Source of the DNA: Calditrichaceae bacterium | Lineage (GTDB): Bacteria; Calditrichota; Calditrichia; Calditrichales; JBFXGD01 | NCBI GenBank assembly: GCA_050173015.1 | Contig: JBFXLE010000010.1 | Location: forward strand, 53,722-117,721 | DNA length: 64,000 bases | Reading direction: 5' to 3' | Part shown: piece after piece, positions 39,848 through 49,718 of the stretch | Position numbering within the stretch: position 1 is the first letter of the stretch | Layout of the letters: each line of letters starts with the position of its first letter | Translations under genes and position numbers: made by a program | The notes under the pieces: model-generated | Databases searched by the model: none | What the model was told of the DNA's origin: nothing | Seen by the model: only the letters and a program-made list of their open reading frames with translations

Positions 39848-40759
39848 ATGGAAGAACGGATTTTAGAAGTCAGCAACGTTAAGAAGTCTTTTTCCGGTAA
39901 TCTTGTCATTGATAATTTGTCTTTTAAAGTCAGCGGCGGAGAAACTTTCGGGCTTCTCGGGCCGAATGGCGCCGGTAAAACCACCATGATGCGCATGATA
40001 ATGAATATGATCATGCCGGATGAGGGTGAAATTCTTTATAACGGAAAGCAGCGACGCAAACTCAAATCGCTTCACTTTGGTTATCTTCCTGAAGAACGCG
40101 GTTTGTATCCCCGCGCGACGGTCCTCGAAATGCTGGTTTATTTCGGAACGCTCAACAATCTTTCCACCCGAAAAGCGGAAGTGGAGGCGATTCGGTATCT
40201 TGACAGGCTTAGTATCGTTGAATTTACGGACACGCGCGTGAATCAGCTCTCGAAAGGTATGCAACAGAAAATCCAGTTTATCGCCGCGTTTTTGCATAAC
40301 CCGGATGTTCTCATTCTTGATGAACCATTCGCCGGGCTTGATCCGATCAATCAAATTGTGCTCAGGGATATACTTAATGAATACAAAAATGACAACAAGA
40401 TTCTGATTTTATCCACACACCAGATGGATCATGTGGAAAAACTATGCGACCATATCTGTCTGATGAATCAGGGTCAGGTTATTCTTGACGGCAGCATGGG
40501 GAACATAAAAAAATATTACCGAGAAAACGCCTATTCAGTTGAGGCCGATACATCGCTGGCGTTTCTGCATGATTTAAATGAAATAAGCATATTGGAAGAA
40601 AACAGCAACGCTTATAAGTTTAAAATGAAACCGTCAAATGGTTCTGTCAGTCAGTTAATCACAAAGATCAGCCAGAAAGCCCGAATCAAAAAATTTGAAG
40701 TGGTCGAGCCTTCCCTGCACGATATTTTTCTCAAACTTATTCAGGAAAAAAACAAATAA
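39848..40759 (+). CDS. ABC transporter ATP-binding protein (NatA/YhaQ-like)
   Basis: GPNGAGKTT, LSKGMQQK, ILDEPF and C-terminal PSLHDIF. Confidence 0.92.
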   Translation: MEERILEVSNVKKSFSGNLVIDNLSFKVSGGETFGLLGPNGAGKTTMMRMIMNMIMPDEGEILYNGKQRRKLKSLHFGYLPEERGLYPRATVLEMLVYFGTLNNLSTRKAEVEAIRYLDRLSIVEFTDTRVNQLSKGMQQKIQFIAAFLHNPDVLILDEPFAGLDPINQIVLRDILNEYKNDNKILILSTHQMDHVEKLCDHICLMNQGQVILDGSMGNIKKYYRENAYSVEADTSLAFLHDLNEISILEENSNAYKFKMKPSNGSVSQLITKISQKARIKKFEVVEPSLHDIFLKLIQEKNK

Positions 40760-40777
40760 CGGCAAAAGAGGATACCG

Positions 40778-42280
40778 ATGAAAAATTTATTCCGGATCGC
40801 CCGCTGGGAATTCAAGACCCGTTTTCGCTCCCGGTCATATATTTTCAATACATTCATCACTCCGTTTCTTTTTGTGATCCTGCTTACACTGCCCATATAT
40901 TTTTTCCATTATCAGCCGGAGGTTTCCACCAAGCTGGTCGGTGTCATCGACCTGACCGGTGAAAAAATCGCCGATGATCTTCAGCAGGAGCTCAATCGTT
41001 ATTACCGGCTAAAAAACCAATCACCGGAATATATGATCCTCAATGTCTCTGTCAACAATTCAAAGTCTTATATGCAAAAGCAGAATGAATTCAATGAAAT
41101 TCTGGCGCGGCAGGATTCTTTGAACGCGCTGTATAATCAGATTAAGGATGAACGAACGGACTATTATAAGAACACAAAAACCAGGAATCGCGCGTTCATG
41201 CTGAAATCATCCTATGAAAGACTTCAGGAAACCCGTGAAGAAAAAGAGCTTGTCGATATAGAAGCTACTCGGTTTAAAGCCACGGTGGACTCTGTATATG
41301 AGCGTGAAGCTCGTGTGATGGCTGATTCACTCCTGATCTCCAATGTGTTGAACGCCTATCTGGTATTCTCCGGAAATTTTACAAAAACAGGAAACATGGA
41401 GCACCATTCACAGAATCCCGGCGATTTTCTGGATACCGAACGCCTGGATAAGATCCTCCAAAATATTATCATAAAGAAACGCATCACCGATGATAATATT
41501 GACAATACAACCGTCGCCAAATGGCTGAAACCGGTGCATATCAGAAAGTATCAGCTCTTTGCCAAAGGGCAGAAAGAATGGAATTTTTATGTTCAGTTTT
41601 ACGGGCCCATCATTGGTGTTTTTCTTTTGTTTATCGCGATTTTTACCACCGGCGGCTATCTGTTTAGCGGGGTTCTATCCGAAAAGTCAAATAAAGTCAT
41701 GGAAGTGCTTCTCTCCTTTGCCAGCAGCAGACAAATAATGGCGGGTAAAATTCTCGGATTGGGCCTCCTCGGGCTGCTTCAAATCTTTATCTGGTTCGGA
41801 ATGACCGCGCTGATCATTTCATCCGGAGTGCTTCCGAACCAGGATATCAGTTACCTTAACGCGGAACACGCGCTTTATTTTCTGCTTTATTTCAGCCTTG
41901 GTTTTTTATTTTATGGATCTATTTTTGTCACCGTGGGATCCTTTTTCACGAGCGAATACGATGCCCAGCAGGTAAACCAGTTTTTGCGCGCGATTGCCGT
42001 TTTCCCGATATTTTTATCGCTGCTTGTTCTGGCGGAACCGAATTCGCTTCTTATCCGCGCTCTTAGCTATATTCCAATTTTCACGCCTTCGTTCATGATA
42101 TTAAGAATACCGCTAAGCAGTACGCCCATTACGACTGATATCTATATCACAACAGTGATTTTGGTTATTTCCATAGTATTTATCCTTTTTATCGCTGGTC
42201 GGATATTCAGGATGGCTACGCTAATGCAGGGGAAAAAACCATCATGGAATGAAATTTTCAGGTGGATACGATTTTCCTGA
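40778..42280 (+). CDS. ABC-2 type permease (NatB/YhaP-like)
   Basis: EKSNKVMEVLLS...IMAGKILG; 1+5 TM with a large periplasmic loop. Confidence 0.88.
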   Translation: MKNLFRIARWEFKTRFRSRSYIFNTFITPFLFVILLTLPIYFFHYQPEVSTKLVGVIDLTGEKIADDLQQELNRYYRLKNQSPEYMILNVSVNNSKSYMQKQNEFNEILARQDSLNALYNQIKDERTDYYKNTKTRNRAFMLKSSYERLQETREEKELVDIEATRFKATVDSVYEREARVMADSLLISNVLNAYLVFSGNFTKTGNMEHHSQNPGDFLDTERLDKILQNIIIKKRITDDNIDNTTVAKWLKPVHIRKYQLFAKGQKEWNFYVQFYGPIIGVFLLFIAIFTTGGYLFSGVLSEKSNKVMEVLLSFASSRQIMAGKILGLGLLGLLQIFIWFGMTALIISSGVLPNQDISYLNAEHALYFLLYFSLGFLFYGSIFVTVGSFFTSEYDAQQVNQFLRAIAVFPIFLSLLVLAEPNSLLIRALSYIPIFTPSFMILRIPLSSTPITTDIYITTVILVISIVFILFIAGRIFRMATLMQGKKPSWNEIFRWIRFS

Positions 42281-42382
42281 TTCCGGCTTCTTTTTTGATT
42301 ATATTTCCGGTCAAATATGAATCCGGGTTTCGTTAAAAGCGGATAAAGATTGGCATTTATTAGTCAATGCTTGGAATAAAAC

Positions 42383-43216
42383 ATGATAAATAAATCGCTG
42401 TCACTGACCATATTTTCCGTTTTTAACCTGCTTTCTTGTTCTACCGAAAACCCGGACGGGATTCACTATGTAACAATAATTCCGCACAATTCCAGTCTGC
42501 AGGGTATGGCTATTGAAAAAACCGGCCCCGACTCCTTAATTTTTTATATCGGTTTTGATGATGATACCGCCGGTACTATTAAAACTTATTTATTTAACCA
42601 ATTGACCCTTACTGAAATCAACAGCTTCCCGCTTCCCTTTTCGCTAAAACACCCAAATGATATTAAAATTAGCGGGGACAATCTGATTCTGACCGGCTGG
42701 AACAACTCCAAATTCAGCCATGTAGGTTGGATTAACAAATATACCGGTGAAATTCTGAAGATTGAATGTGATACGCTTGATACCGGCTGGAATCTGCAAT
42801 TTACATTCATACATGATGATGAGGTTCATTACGGCCTGACTTCCGGAACGCAGATTATAATAACGCGCCATTCCCGGGGTGATAAACTGCAGCAGGTGAC
42901 GCATTTACAGCCCTCTATAAGTCCTTCTGAATACAGCCATATCCAGGGATCAGATATTATCGGCGACCGGTTCCTGGCCGTTCTGTATTCCTTCCCGACC
43001 CGGATTGATATTCATGATATTTCACAAAATTACCAGCTTGTAAAGTCGCTAAAAGGCGATCCGCATGGAGAAGCGGAAGGACTGGCAGCCGTCAAAGGAG
43101 GATTTTTGCATAGATTATATTACGGAATGACATTACCAAACAGGATTCATTACCAAACGGTCGAATTACCCGGCGAAGATGACCGGGATGCATCCCTGAC
43201 AAATCCGCGTTATTGA
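42383..43216 (+). CDS. Hypothetical lipoprotein (beta-propeller-like)
   Basis: LLSC lipobox; LQGMAI, HPNDI, HIQGSD and EAEGLA blade-like motifs. Confidence 0.55.
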   Translation: MINKSLSLTIFSVFNLLSCSTENPDGIHYVTIIPHNSSLQGMAIEKTGPDSLIFYIGFDDDTAGTIKTYLFNQLTLTEINSFPLPFSLKHPNDIKISGDNLILTGWNNSKFSHVGWINKYTGEILKIECDTLDTGWNLQFTFIHDDEVHYGLTSGTQIIITRHSRGDKLQQVTHLQPSISPSEYSHIQGSDIIGDRFLAVLYSFPTRIDIHDISQNYQLVKSLKGDPHGEAEGLAAVKGGFLHRLYYGMTLPNRIHYQTVELPGEDDRDASLTNPRY

Positions 43217-43259
43217 GTTTCTGCCACCCGTCTGTTCCTCCAGTCAATCGATGAAAAAT

Positions 43260-45194
43260 TCATAATTTCAGCTGCATCTGAAACCGGATGTCCCTGGAAA
43301 GTGTTGATTCTGTCATCTGCCACCCGTTTGATAAAACATTGATGTCTTCCATATATCTGTAACGTAGTTTCAACCATACACTCACGTTTTCAATCATAGT
43401 TTTTCGTATCATAATGTACCATTTATGACCTTTTCCATAAACCGGAATATTAGCAAAACTGCCCGGAATATCGGATTCATATTCATATATCCTTGTATCC
43501 CATGATTCTGTCTCAAAAAAACTAATCCTGCCGCTGATTGTCGTATTGCCTGAAGTGGCAAATGATATATCCTGAAACAGATTGGTTCCTTCTTCCGAAC
43601 CCGGCTGTAACCGCGTAAACTCCCATCTTGTCCGAAGCCGTAACTTTCCGGACGGCCGGTATTCGAACTGAAGACGCAAATAAGTCTGATCGCTAGTAAA
43701 TCGATACTGTCGTTCATCCGTGTCGTATGTAAATTCTTCTGATTGTTTTTGCCGCAAACGAGCGGTGATCACACCTCTTTCGATCTTATAATCGGTCTGC
43801 AGCAGCCATTCATCTGACTTTACCGGCATTGGTTCAAAATATTCACGCCAAAGACTTTTTTTCAGCAGTTTATATCCGTTTACGGTTAATTTATCGGCGG
43901 GATCAATGGTGATTCCCAGATAAATCCCTTCTTCAGCGCGGGGGAACGGATCGGAATCATCGAACACCCTTCCATAGGGTGATTGAAAATTCCGTGTCAG
44001 ATACCAGTATTTCACACCGATTTTCGACTTATCATTCTTAAGATAAATGGATTGGATATACCCCGGAGAGCCTTCATCTGAGAAGGACGCTTCGCCACTC
44101 AGGCTCAGTTGCCTGAAACCGGTCTGATAATAAATTCCCTGTTCGTTCAGACCATCACCGGAGAAATTGTAATATTGCCGCCGCGCTTCGGACTCGCCCG
44201 CGGTTTCAATATTAAAAGAAAGACCGGGATCCCAGGAGACGCCCGACCAGATCAGACCAACATGCGTGGAGGGTATCAAATTAGTCGTAAGGGCAACCCC
44301 CCGCATATTTTCATTAATCAGATCTTTACCGTCTTCTTCGTGTTCTGTCCGGTGATATCCGTCATAATCAATCCCTATTATCACCCCATCCTGATTCAGC
44401 CTGGCATCCCGCTGATTCCTGCCGTAGAAAACATGCAGTTTACTTTCATAAGCAAGATTTGTACTCAAATAGACGCCTGTCTGTCCGCTGTTTTCGAGCG
44501 TACTCAGATAATAACTTCCACCCTCGTATCCTGTCCTAAACGGCATAGTCGCCATTGAGCTTTTTTGCGAACTGAATGGATTTGAAAAGAGAAGCCCTTC
44601 CCCAAACTGCAGATAATAACTGCCCGCGATTACACGCCAGTTCTCTTTTTTATATTCAACAGAAATCCGCCAAAGATCCAGATAGCTGTTTTCCCCCACA
44701 TCCTTATTTGCCAGAAAACCCGCTTTGAGTGAATTGCCGTACTGATACTGCATTTTTGTATAGCTGTAATATTCATCTCCAGTATAAACATTATTTTTAA
44801 TCTCTTCCGGCTCTTCCACCGACCTGTAATTTTTTTGCGTGAAAGTCGTTTTATGAGGGGATGGCCGTGACAGAATCACAAAATCTTTTATCTTTGAATA
44901 GAGCTTTCTGCCTACGATACTACTCAATTCCCTTTTGCTTGCAAAACGGCCTTTTCTGTCTTTTACGGATAGGATTGAGTCTGCCATTTCCGGAGTGATA
45001 AATGGAATGGACAGCCATTCTTCTCTGTCCGCGTCATTCATACTGACGGGATTTGAGGACAGATTTTCAAGTATCTCAGTAATTTCTGTTCCTTCTTCTG
45101 ATAATTCAGCCCATTCGATTTGCAGGCTGTCCGTTTGAGCGTATAAAGTAATCGGAGAAAGAAGCACAAAAAAAGCAATAAAAAATTTTTGCAT
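43260..45194 (-). CDS. Helix-hairpin-helix (ComEA-like) domain outer-membrane protein
   Basis: NPVSMNDADREEWLSIPFI...ADSIL..K...GRF HhH; KDVGE, YLQFGEGL and RIYEYESD motifs of the Bacteroidota-type family. Confidence 0.8.
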   Translation of the reverse strand: MQKFFIAFFVLLSPITLYAQTDSLQIEWAELSEEGTEITEILENLSSNPVSMNDADREEWLSIPFITPEMADSILSVKDRKGRFASKRELSSIVGRKLYSKIKDFVILSRPSPHKTTFTQKNYRSVEEPEEIKNNVYTGDEYYSYTKMQYQYGNSLKAGFLANKDVGENSYLDLWRISVEYKKENWRVIAGSYYLQFGEGLLFSNPFSSQKSSMATMPFRTGYEGGSYYLSTLENSGQTGVYLSTNLAYESKLHVFYGRNQRDARLNQDGVIIGIDYDGYHRTEHEEDGKDLINENMRGVALTTNLIPSTHVGLIWSGVSWDPGLSFNIETAGESEARRQYYNFSGDGLNEQGIYYQTGFRQLSLSGEASFSDEGSPGYIQSIYLKNDKSKIGVKYWYLTRNFQSPYGRVFDDSDPFPRAEEGIYLGITIDPADKLTVNGYKLLKKSLWREYFEPMPVKSDEWLLQTDYKIERGVITARLRQKQSEEFTYDTDERQYRFTSDQTYLRLQFEYRPSGKLRLRTRWEFTRLQPGSEEGTNLFQDISFATSGNTTISGRISFFETESWDTRIYEYESDIPGSFANIPVYGKGHKWYIMIRKTMIENVSVWLKLRYRYMEDINVLSNGWQMTESTLSRDIRFQMQLKL

Positions 45195-45250
45195 GGAAGT
45201 TCATCCTGTTAATGAAACATCCCGTTTTCTTCCTATGACTCAAGATATTT

Positions 45251-45991
45251 TTAAGAAATCAGATGACTGCTGAAAAAAGATTTTACTTCAGGTATATCAC
45301 TTTTAAGAGCGTCTTCAAGTTTGCCAAGAAATAATACACGGCCTTCATGCAGATATAGGATCCGGTCTGCAATCCGGCGGATACTGGCGATTTCATGTGT
45401 GACAATAACCAGGGTCATTCCGAGTTGTTCTTTTAATGACAGGAGTAATCGGTCTAACGATTCCGCGGTCACCGGATCCAGTCCGGCCCCCGGTTCGTCC
45501 GCGAACAGCAGTTTGGGATCAAGAACAATCGCCCGCGCCAGGGAGGCGCGTTTTCTCATTCCCCCCGATAGTTCGGAAGGTAGATAGTGAAACACATGAC
45601 CAAGACCGACAAGTTCCAGCTTTAACCTGACAATCTGTTCGATCAGCTCGGGTGACAGATTAGTATGCTGCTCAAGCGGAATTGAAATGTTTTCTCCGAC
45701 CGTAATTGAATTTAGCAACGCGCCGTTCTGAAAAAGGACTCCAACCCGCTTCAGGAGTTGATTGAAATCTTCATCATCCATATTCACAATGTTTTTGCCA
45801 AACACTTCAATAATACCTTCACGCGGCTGCAGCAATCCTATCAAATGTTTCAGAAGGGTTGTTTTCCCGCAACCGCTGGTACCTAAAATCACCAGAATTT
45901 CACCCTGAAACGCTTCAAGGGAAATATCGTTTAAAATAAGCCGGTCATTATAACCGCTGCTCAAATTTTCTATATTAATTATAGTTTTCAT
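45251..45991 (-). CDS. mlaF: MlaF-like ABC ATP-binding protein
   Basis: GTSGCGKTT, LFQNGAL, ELSGGMRKRASLARA and DEPGAGLDP; start taken at ATG 45991. Confidence 0.88.
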   Translation of the reverse strand: MKTIINIENLSSGYNDRLILNDISLEAFQGEILVILGTSGCGKTTLLKHLIGLLQPREGIIEVFGKNIVNMDDEDFNQLLKRVGVLFQNGALLNSITVGENISIPLEQHTNLSPELIEQIVRLKLELVGLGHVFHYLPSELSGGMRKRASLARAIVLDPKLLFADEPGAGLDPVTAESLDRLLLSLKEQLGMTLVIVTHEIASIRRIADRILYLHEGRVLFLGKLEDALKSDIPEVKSFFSSHLIS

Positions 45992-45995
45992 GTGA

Positions 45996-47078
45996 TCATT
46001 CAAAATAAAATAATAATCCAAGAATGCTGTCCGCGACAATTACTAAAAATATGGACATCACCACCGAGGCGGTTGTTGACCTCCCGACGCCTTCGGAACC
46101 GCCTTTCACCTCCAACCCGAAATGTGTGCCGGTAATAACGATGATCAGGGCAAATATGATGCTTTTAACAAGAGAAGTCATGATTTCCTTATATCTTAAC
46201 ACGGTCAAAACCTCGTTATAGAAAGGAATCAAATCAATATCGAGATAGGTCATGCCGATAACGGCGCCTCCGAAAATTCCGATAAAATTGGCAAACATGG
46301 TCAGCATCGGAAGCGTGAGTGTAATCGCGATTACTTTTGGAACGATCAGATACGGTATCGGATCAATACCCATTGCCTTGAGAGCGTCAATTTCTTCCGT
46401 AACCTGCATGGTCGCGATTTCAGCGGCGATGGCCGAGCCCGAACGCCCCGCCACCATGATCGCGGTGATCAGTGGGCCCATTTCGCTGACCATGGCGATC
46501 GCCACAAGATCGGCCACAAAGATATTGGCGCCGAACTGTCTGAGCTGCGCCGCGGATTGTAACGCCGTAATAAATCCGATTAAAAACGCGATCAGGGAGA
46601 TGATAGGAAGAGCGTTTACCCCAATCGAAATGCTTTGACGTATCACTTCGCCTTTGCGCCGCAATTTGGTTCTGAAAAGACTGACTAATCCCCAATATGT
46701 GATATTTGCCAGCAGCAGGATAAAATCTTTTGATGTTTTTAACAGATCATATACAAAGCCGCCCGTTGATTCAAACATACCTTTTCGCGGCGGATCGGGA
46801 GGTTCTTCAGAATGTTTTCTTCTAAAGAGAATGAGAGATTGATTTATTTCATCCGGGACATTTATGAGTTCTACTTTTTTGTGGTCTTTTTCGGCCATCG
46901 TCGAAATACGGTCGATGGCAATCCCACCGGCGCTGTCTATCCTCGTCACCGATGAAAAGTCGATGCTCAGCGAATCCGCTGCCTTTTTACCGGTAAGCAT
47001 TTCTTTTGCTTTCCGGAATATTTGCTCGGCATTATCAAAGGTTAAATATTCCGGAAGAATAAGACTCTCTTGATTCAT
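45996..47078 (-). CDS. mlaE: MlaE-family permease with N-terminal STAS domain
   Basis: IDFSSVTRIDSAG STAS; EMGPLITAIMVAGRSGSAIAAEI...EEIDAL. Confidence 0.9.
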   Translation of the reverse strand: MNQESLILPEYLTFDNAEQIFRKAKEMLTGKKAADSLSIDFSSVTRIDSAGGIAIDRISTMAEKDHKKVELINVPDEINQSLILFRRKHSEEPPDPPRKGMFESTGGFVYDLLKTSKDFILLLANITYWGLVSLFRTKLRRKGEVIRQSISIGVNALPIISLIAFLIGFITALQSAAQLRQFGANIFVADLVAIAMVSEMGPLITAIMVAGRSGSAIAAEIATMQVTEEIDALKAMGIDPIPYLIVPKVIAITLTLPMLTMFANFIGIFGGAVIGMTYLDIDLIPFYNEVLTVLRYKEIMTSLVKSIIFALIIVITGTHFGLEVKGGSEGVGRSTTASVVMSIFLVIVADSILGLLFYFE

Positions 47079-47097
47079 CCTAAAAATATTGTCCAGT

Positions 47098-47709
47098 TTA
47101 ATTTTTAAGTGTGGTATAAATTCGGTTAATAAAAGAATTTACTTCATTGGTTAGAATCTGACTTACGTTCCTGGCAAAAACATTCATTCCTGCCGAACCT
47201 TTCATCGGAACAAATGTATCAAATGAATGTCTTAGAATCAGTTCTCCGGATTTGGCGTCAGTCAAATCCATGGTCATTTTTAAATGTGCCGAAGAGTTCT
47301 TTTTCATATCGATACGCTCGATTTGTTCCACCAGGCCGTTTATCTGATAGCGCGGCTCGTGATCAAACAATCGAATTTCACATATCTTAAAAAGACCCGA
47401 ATCATGAATTCGCTTCCATGTAAAAAATGTAACGGCTGACCCGGGCAGATCGGCCCAATGGTGAAAGTAAAAGTAGTTGAGTTCATTGCTGTTTGTTCTT
47501 AGCGCGATCCTGCTCTGGTTATAGGCTTTGGCAACAATGAAAGGACGGATTTCAACGATATAGGGCAGTGTTGTTATCTCAAGACTGTCCGCCTGACTAT
47601 CATCATCCGAAATACTATAATTTTCAAGTATATAATATCTGGTCACTACCTGTTTCGAAGAACAGGATAATAAAATGAATATTGAAAACAGGATTATTAG
47701 ATATTTCAT
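47098..47709 (-). CDS. PqiC-like ABC transport auxiliary lipoprotein
   Basis: LLSC lipobox, RYYIL and HHWADLP; located in the MCE operon. Confidence 0.8.
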   Translation of the reverse strand: MKYLIILFSIFILLSCSSKQVVTRYYILENYSISDDDSQADSLEITTLPYIVEIRPFIVAKAYNQSRIALRTNSNELNYFYFHHWADLPGSAVTFFTWKRIHDSGLFKICEIRLFDHEPRYQINGLVEQIERIDMKKNSSAHLKMTMDLTDAKSGELILRHSFDTFVPMKGSAGMNVFARNVSQILTNEVNSFINRIYTTLKN

Positions 47710-48693
47710 TTAGTCATCCAATTTATCATCAGGCGGGTTATCAGGTTTGGTGCCGCCGATCAGAATCGATGGATTTTCATCGATCATTCTCGCGGCATGA
47801 TTTAGATAGGTGACCGTTTCACTTAAATCATTGATCGTCTGGACCAGTTTACCCCTGTTCTGCGAATATAATATCTGTGTTTGACCCAACATTTTATTTA
47901 GGGTGGTCACGGTCGTATTCAGTTCTTTTATCAGATTGTAGATATCGGCTTCGCGTAATTTACGCGAAATTCCCGAGATATTCTCAATAGTCGCTTTGAA
48001 TGTATCCGATTCAACGATTGACGCGATCGTCTCTGTTGTTCTTCTCGTCGATTTACCCGCGTAAACAAGATCCTGCATCATGGTATCAATATTAGTCATC
48101 GTGCGGGCCATACTTTCTTTGTTCTGCTTTAGCATTTTGTTGATTTGTTCAACGGTAATGGTTGTGTTATCAACAAGATCATAAATTTTCTTTTGGTTCT
48201 CGCCGGATGTCAATTCAATCAGATTGTTCAAAGTCAGTTCGATTTTCTCCGCGATAATTTCCGCTTTTCCGGTAATATCTTCCGTCACGGATTTACCCGC
48301 CTGGATATATTTACCGGGCTTTAACAATTTTGCTTCATTGCTGCCGCCTCGCAATTCTATTAATTTCAGACCCGTGATACCAACGGTGGAAATCTCCGCC
48401 TTAACATCATCTTTTATGGGTGTCCCCGCATCCAGCGCGACTGTAACAATAACCCGGTTCACATCGTTGGGATCAATTTTTATGTCCCTGATCGTACCGA
48501 CCCGGATTCCCAGATATTTTACGGAGCTGCCCGGTTCCAGACCGCTCACCGATACATCCTGATAGGCAATATGATAGACGTCTTTTTCTTCAAAAAAACG
48601 ATTGACGGATAAGGCAAGTACAGCCAGTATCAGGATTGCGAAGGCGAAGACGATAAAAATTCCGAGCCGGATCTTTTGCGATTTTGTTATCAT
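47710..48693 (-). CDS. mlaD: MlaD/MCE family protein
   Basis: VSGLEPGSSVKYLGIRVGTI and GITGLKLIEL; coiled-coil tail ending NPSILI. Confidence 0.9.
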   Translation of the reverse strand: MITKSQKIRLGIFIVFAFAILILAVLALSVNRFFEEKDVYHIAYQDVSVSGLEPGSSVKYLGIRVGTIRDIKIDPNDVNRVIVTVALDAGTPIKDDVKAEISTVGITGLKLIELRGGSNEAKLLKPGKYIQAGKSVTEDITGKAEIIAEKIELTLNNLIELTSGENQKKIYDLVDNTTITVEQINKMLKQNKESMARTMTNIDTMMQDLVYAGKSTRRTTETIASIVESDTFKATIENISGISRKLREADIYNLIKELNTTVTTLNKMLGQTQILYSQNRGKLVQTINDLSETVTYLNHAARMIDENPSILIGGTKPDNPPDDKLDD

Positions 48694-49006
48694 ATAATTT
48701 CAGAAGTTAAGAGAGAGATGAGTTAATATTTGTTGTTCATAGATTAAGTTAAATGCTGGATATCTAAATTGCAATCAGATTTATAAATATCAGCTTTACG
48801 AACAAAGCGTCTATTTTATTTCCAGTGCGAATTATTTGTTTTTTTTATTTTATTCCTTTATATTAGCGCTCTGTTTTCGACCGGTATATGGTAGTCGAAA
48901 TTCAGAATTATGTTGGTTTCACAAAGTCGGTATGATGATTGAGTCGCCGTTTAAAAGCTAAATTGAAAATTAAAATTAAGATCAAGCCCTTCAGGAGAGA
49001 GATCTC

Positions 49007-49237
49007 ATGGCAAAATCAACCAGAGAGCAGACCAAATTCCAGGGAATTTCTTTCGGAAAAAGAAATTTATATTTACTCTCAATCGGCTTGATTACAATTG
49101 TAATCGGTTATATATTAATGGCTCAGCCGCCGGTGAACGGATTTTTATCCCGAACGCTGGCTCCTGTTGTTCTGGTCATCGCGTATTTGGTAATCATCCC
49201 AATCGCGATTTTTATCAGGGACAAGAAAAAAGAATAG
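49007..49237 (+). CDS. DUF3098-like small membrane protein
   Basis: FGKRNLYLL.IGL..IVIGYILM...TLAPVVLVIAY; AGGAG RBS. Confidence 0.75.
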   Translation: MAKSTREQTKFQGISFGKRNLYLLSIGLITIVIGYILMAQPPVNGFLSRTLAPVVLVIAYLVIIPIAIFIRDKKKE

Positions 49238-49252
49238 ACAGCCATTTTATTC

Positions 49253-49327
49253 GGGCGGTTAGCTCAGCTGGTTTAGAGCACCTGCCTTACAAGCAGGGGG
49301 TCATAGGTTCGAATCCTATACCGCCCA
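49253..49327 (+). tRNA. tRNA-Val (TAC)
   Basis: Canonical cloverleaf; CCTGC-CT-TAC-AA-GCAGG anticodon arm, GGTTCGAATCC T-arm; CCA not encoded. Confidence 0.97.
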
Positions 49328-49328
49328 C

Positions 49329-49371
49329 AAAAACCCACTTAAGTTATTGTTTTTACTTGAGTGGGTTTTTT
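49329..49371 (+). terminator. Terminator after tRNA-Val
   Basis: AAAACCCACTTAAGT...ACTTGAGTGGGTTTTTT. Confidence 0.75.
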
Positions 49372-49718
49372 GGTTTAGGGCTAAAAGTCGCAATATAGTA
49401 TCGTTTTAATATGTTCACGAACCGCTTAATTATTTTTTTACTTGCTCCATCTTTACAGATCCAAAATTAATATCATTTTTATGCGCGGATCTTTAAATAT
49501 TTCTGTCGAAATCTCGGACATTAATCATCATTCAACCGTAAAATGTTAATCAAAAGTTTTCGTAATATTTTAATCTGGGACACAACTCTATAATTTACAC
49601 CATTTATCTTATTATATCAGAACCGACTCCCCGATTCCCATTCTCAGTTTGTCATCGGTTCATATGTTTCAATTTTTATGTTTAACAGGGTTGGTTGATA
49701 TCGATACGGAGATCTAAA

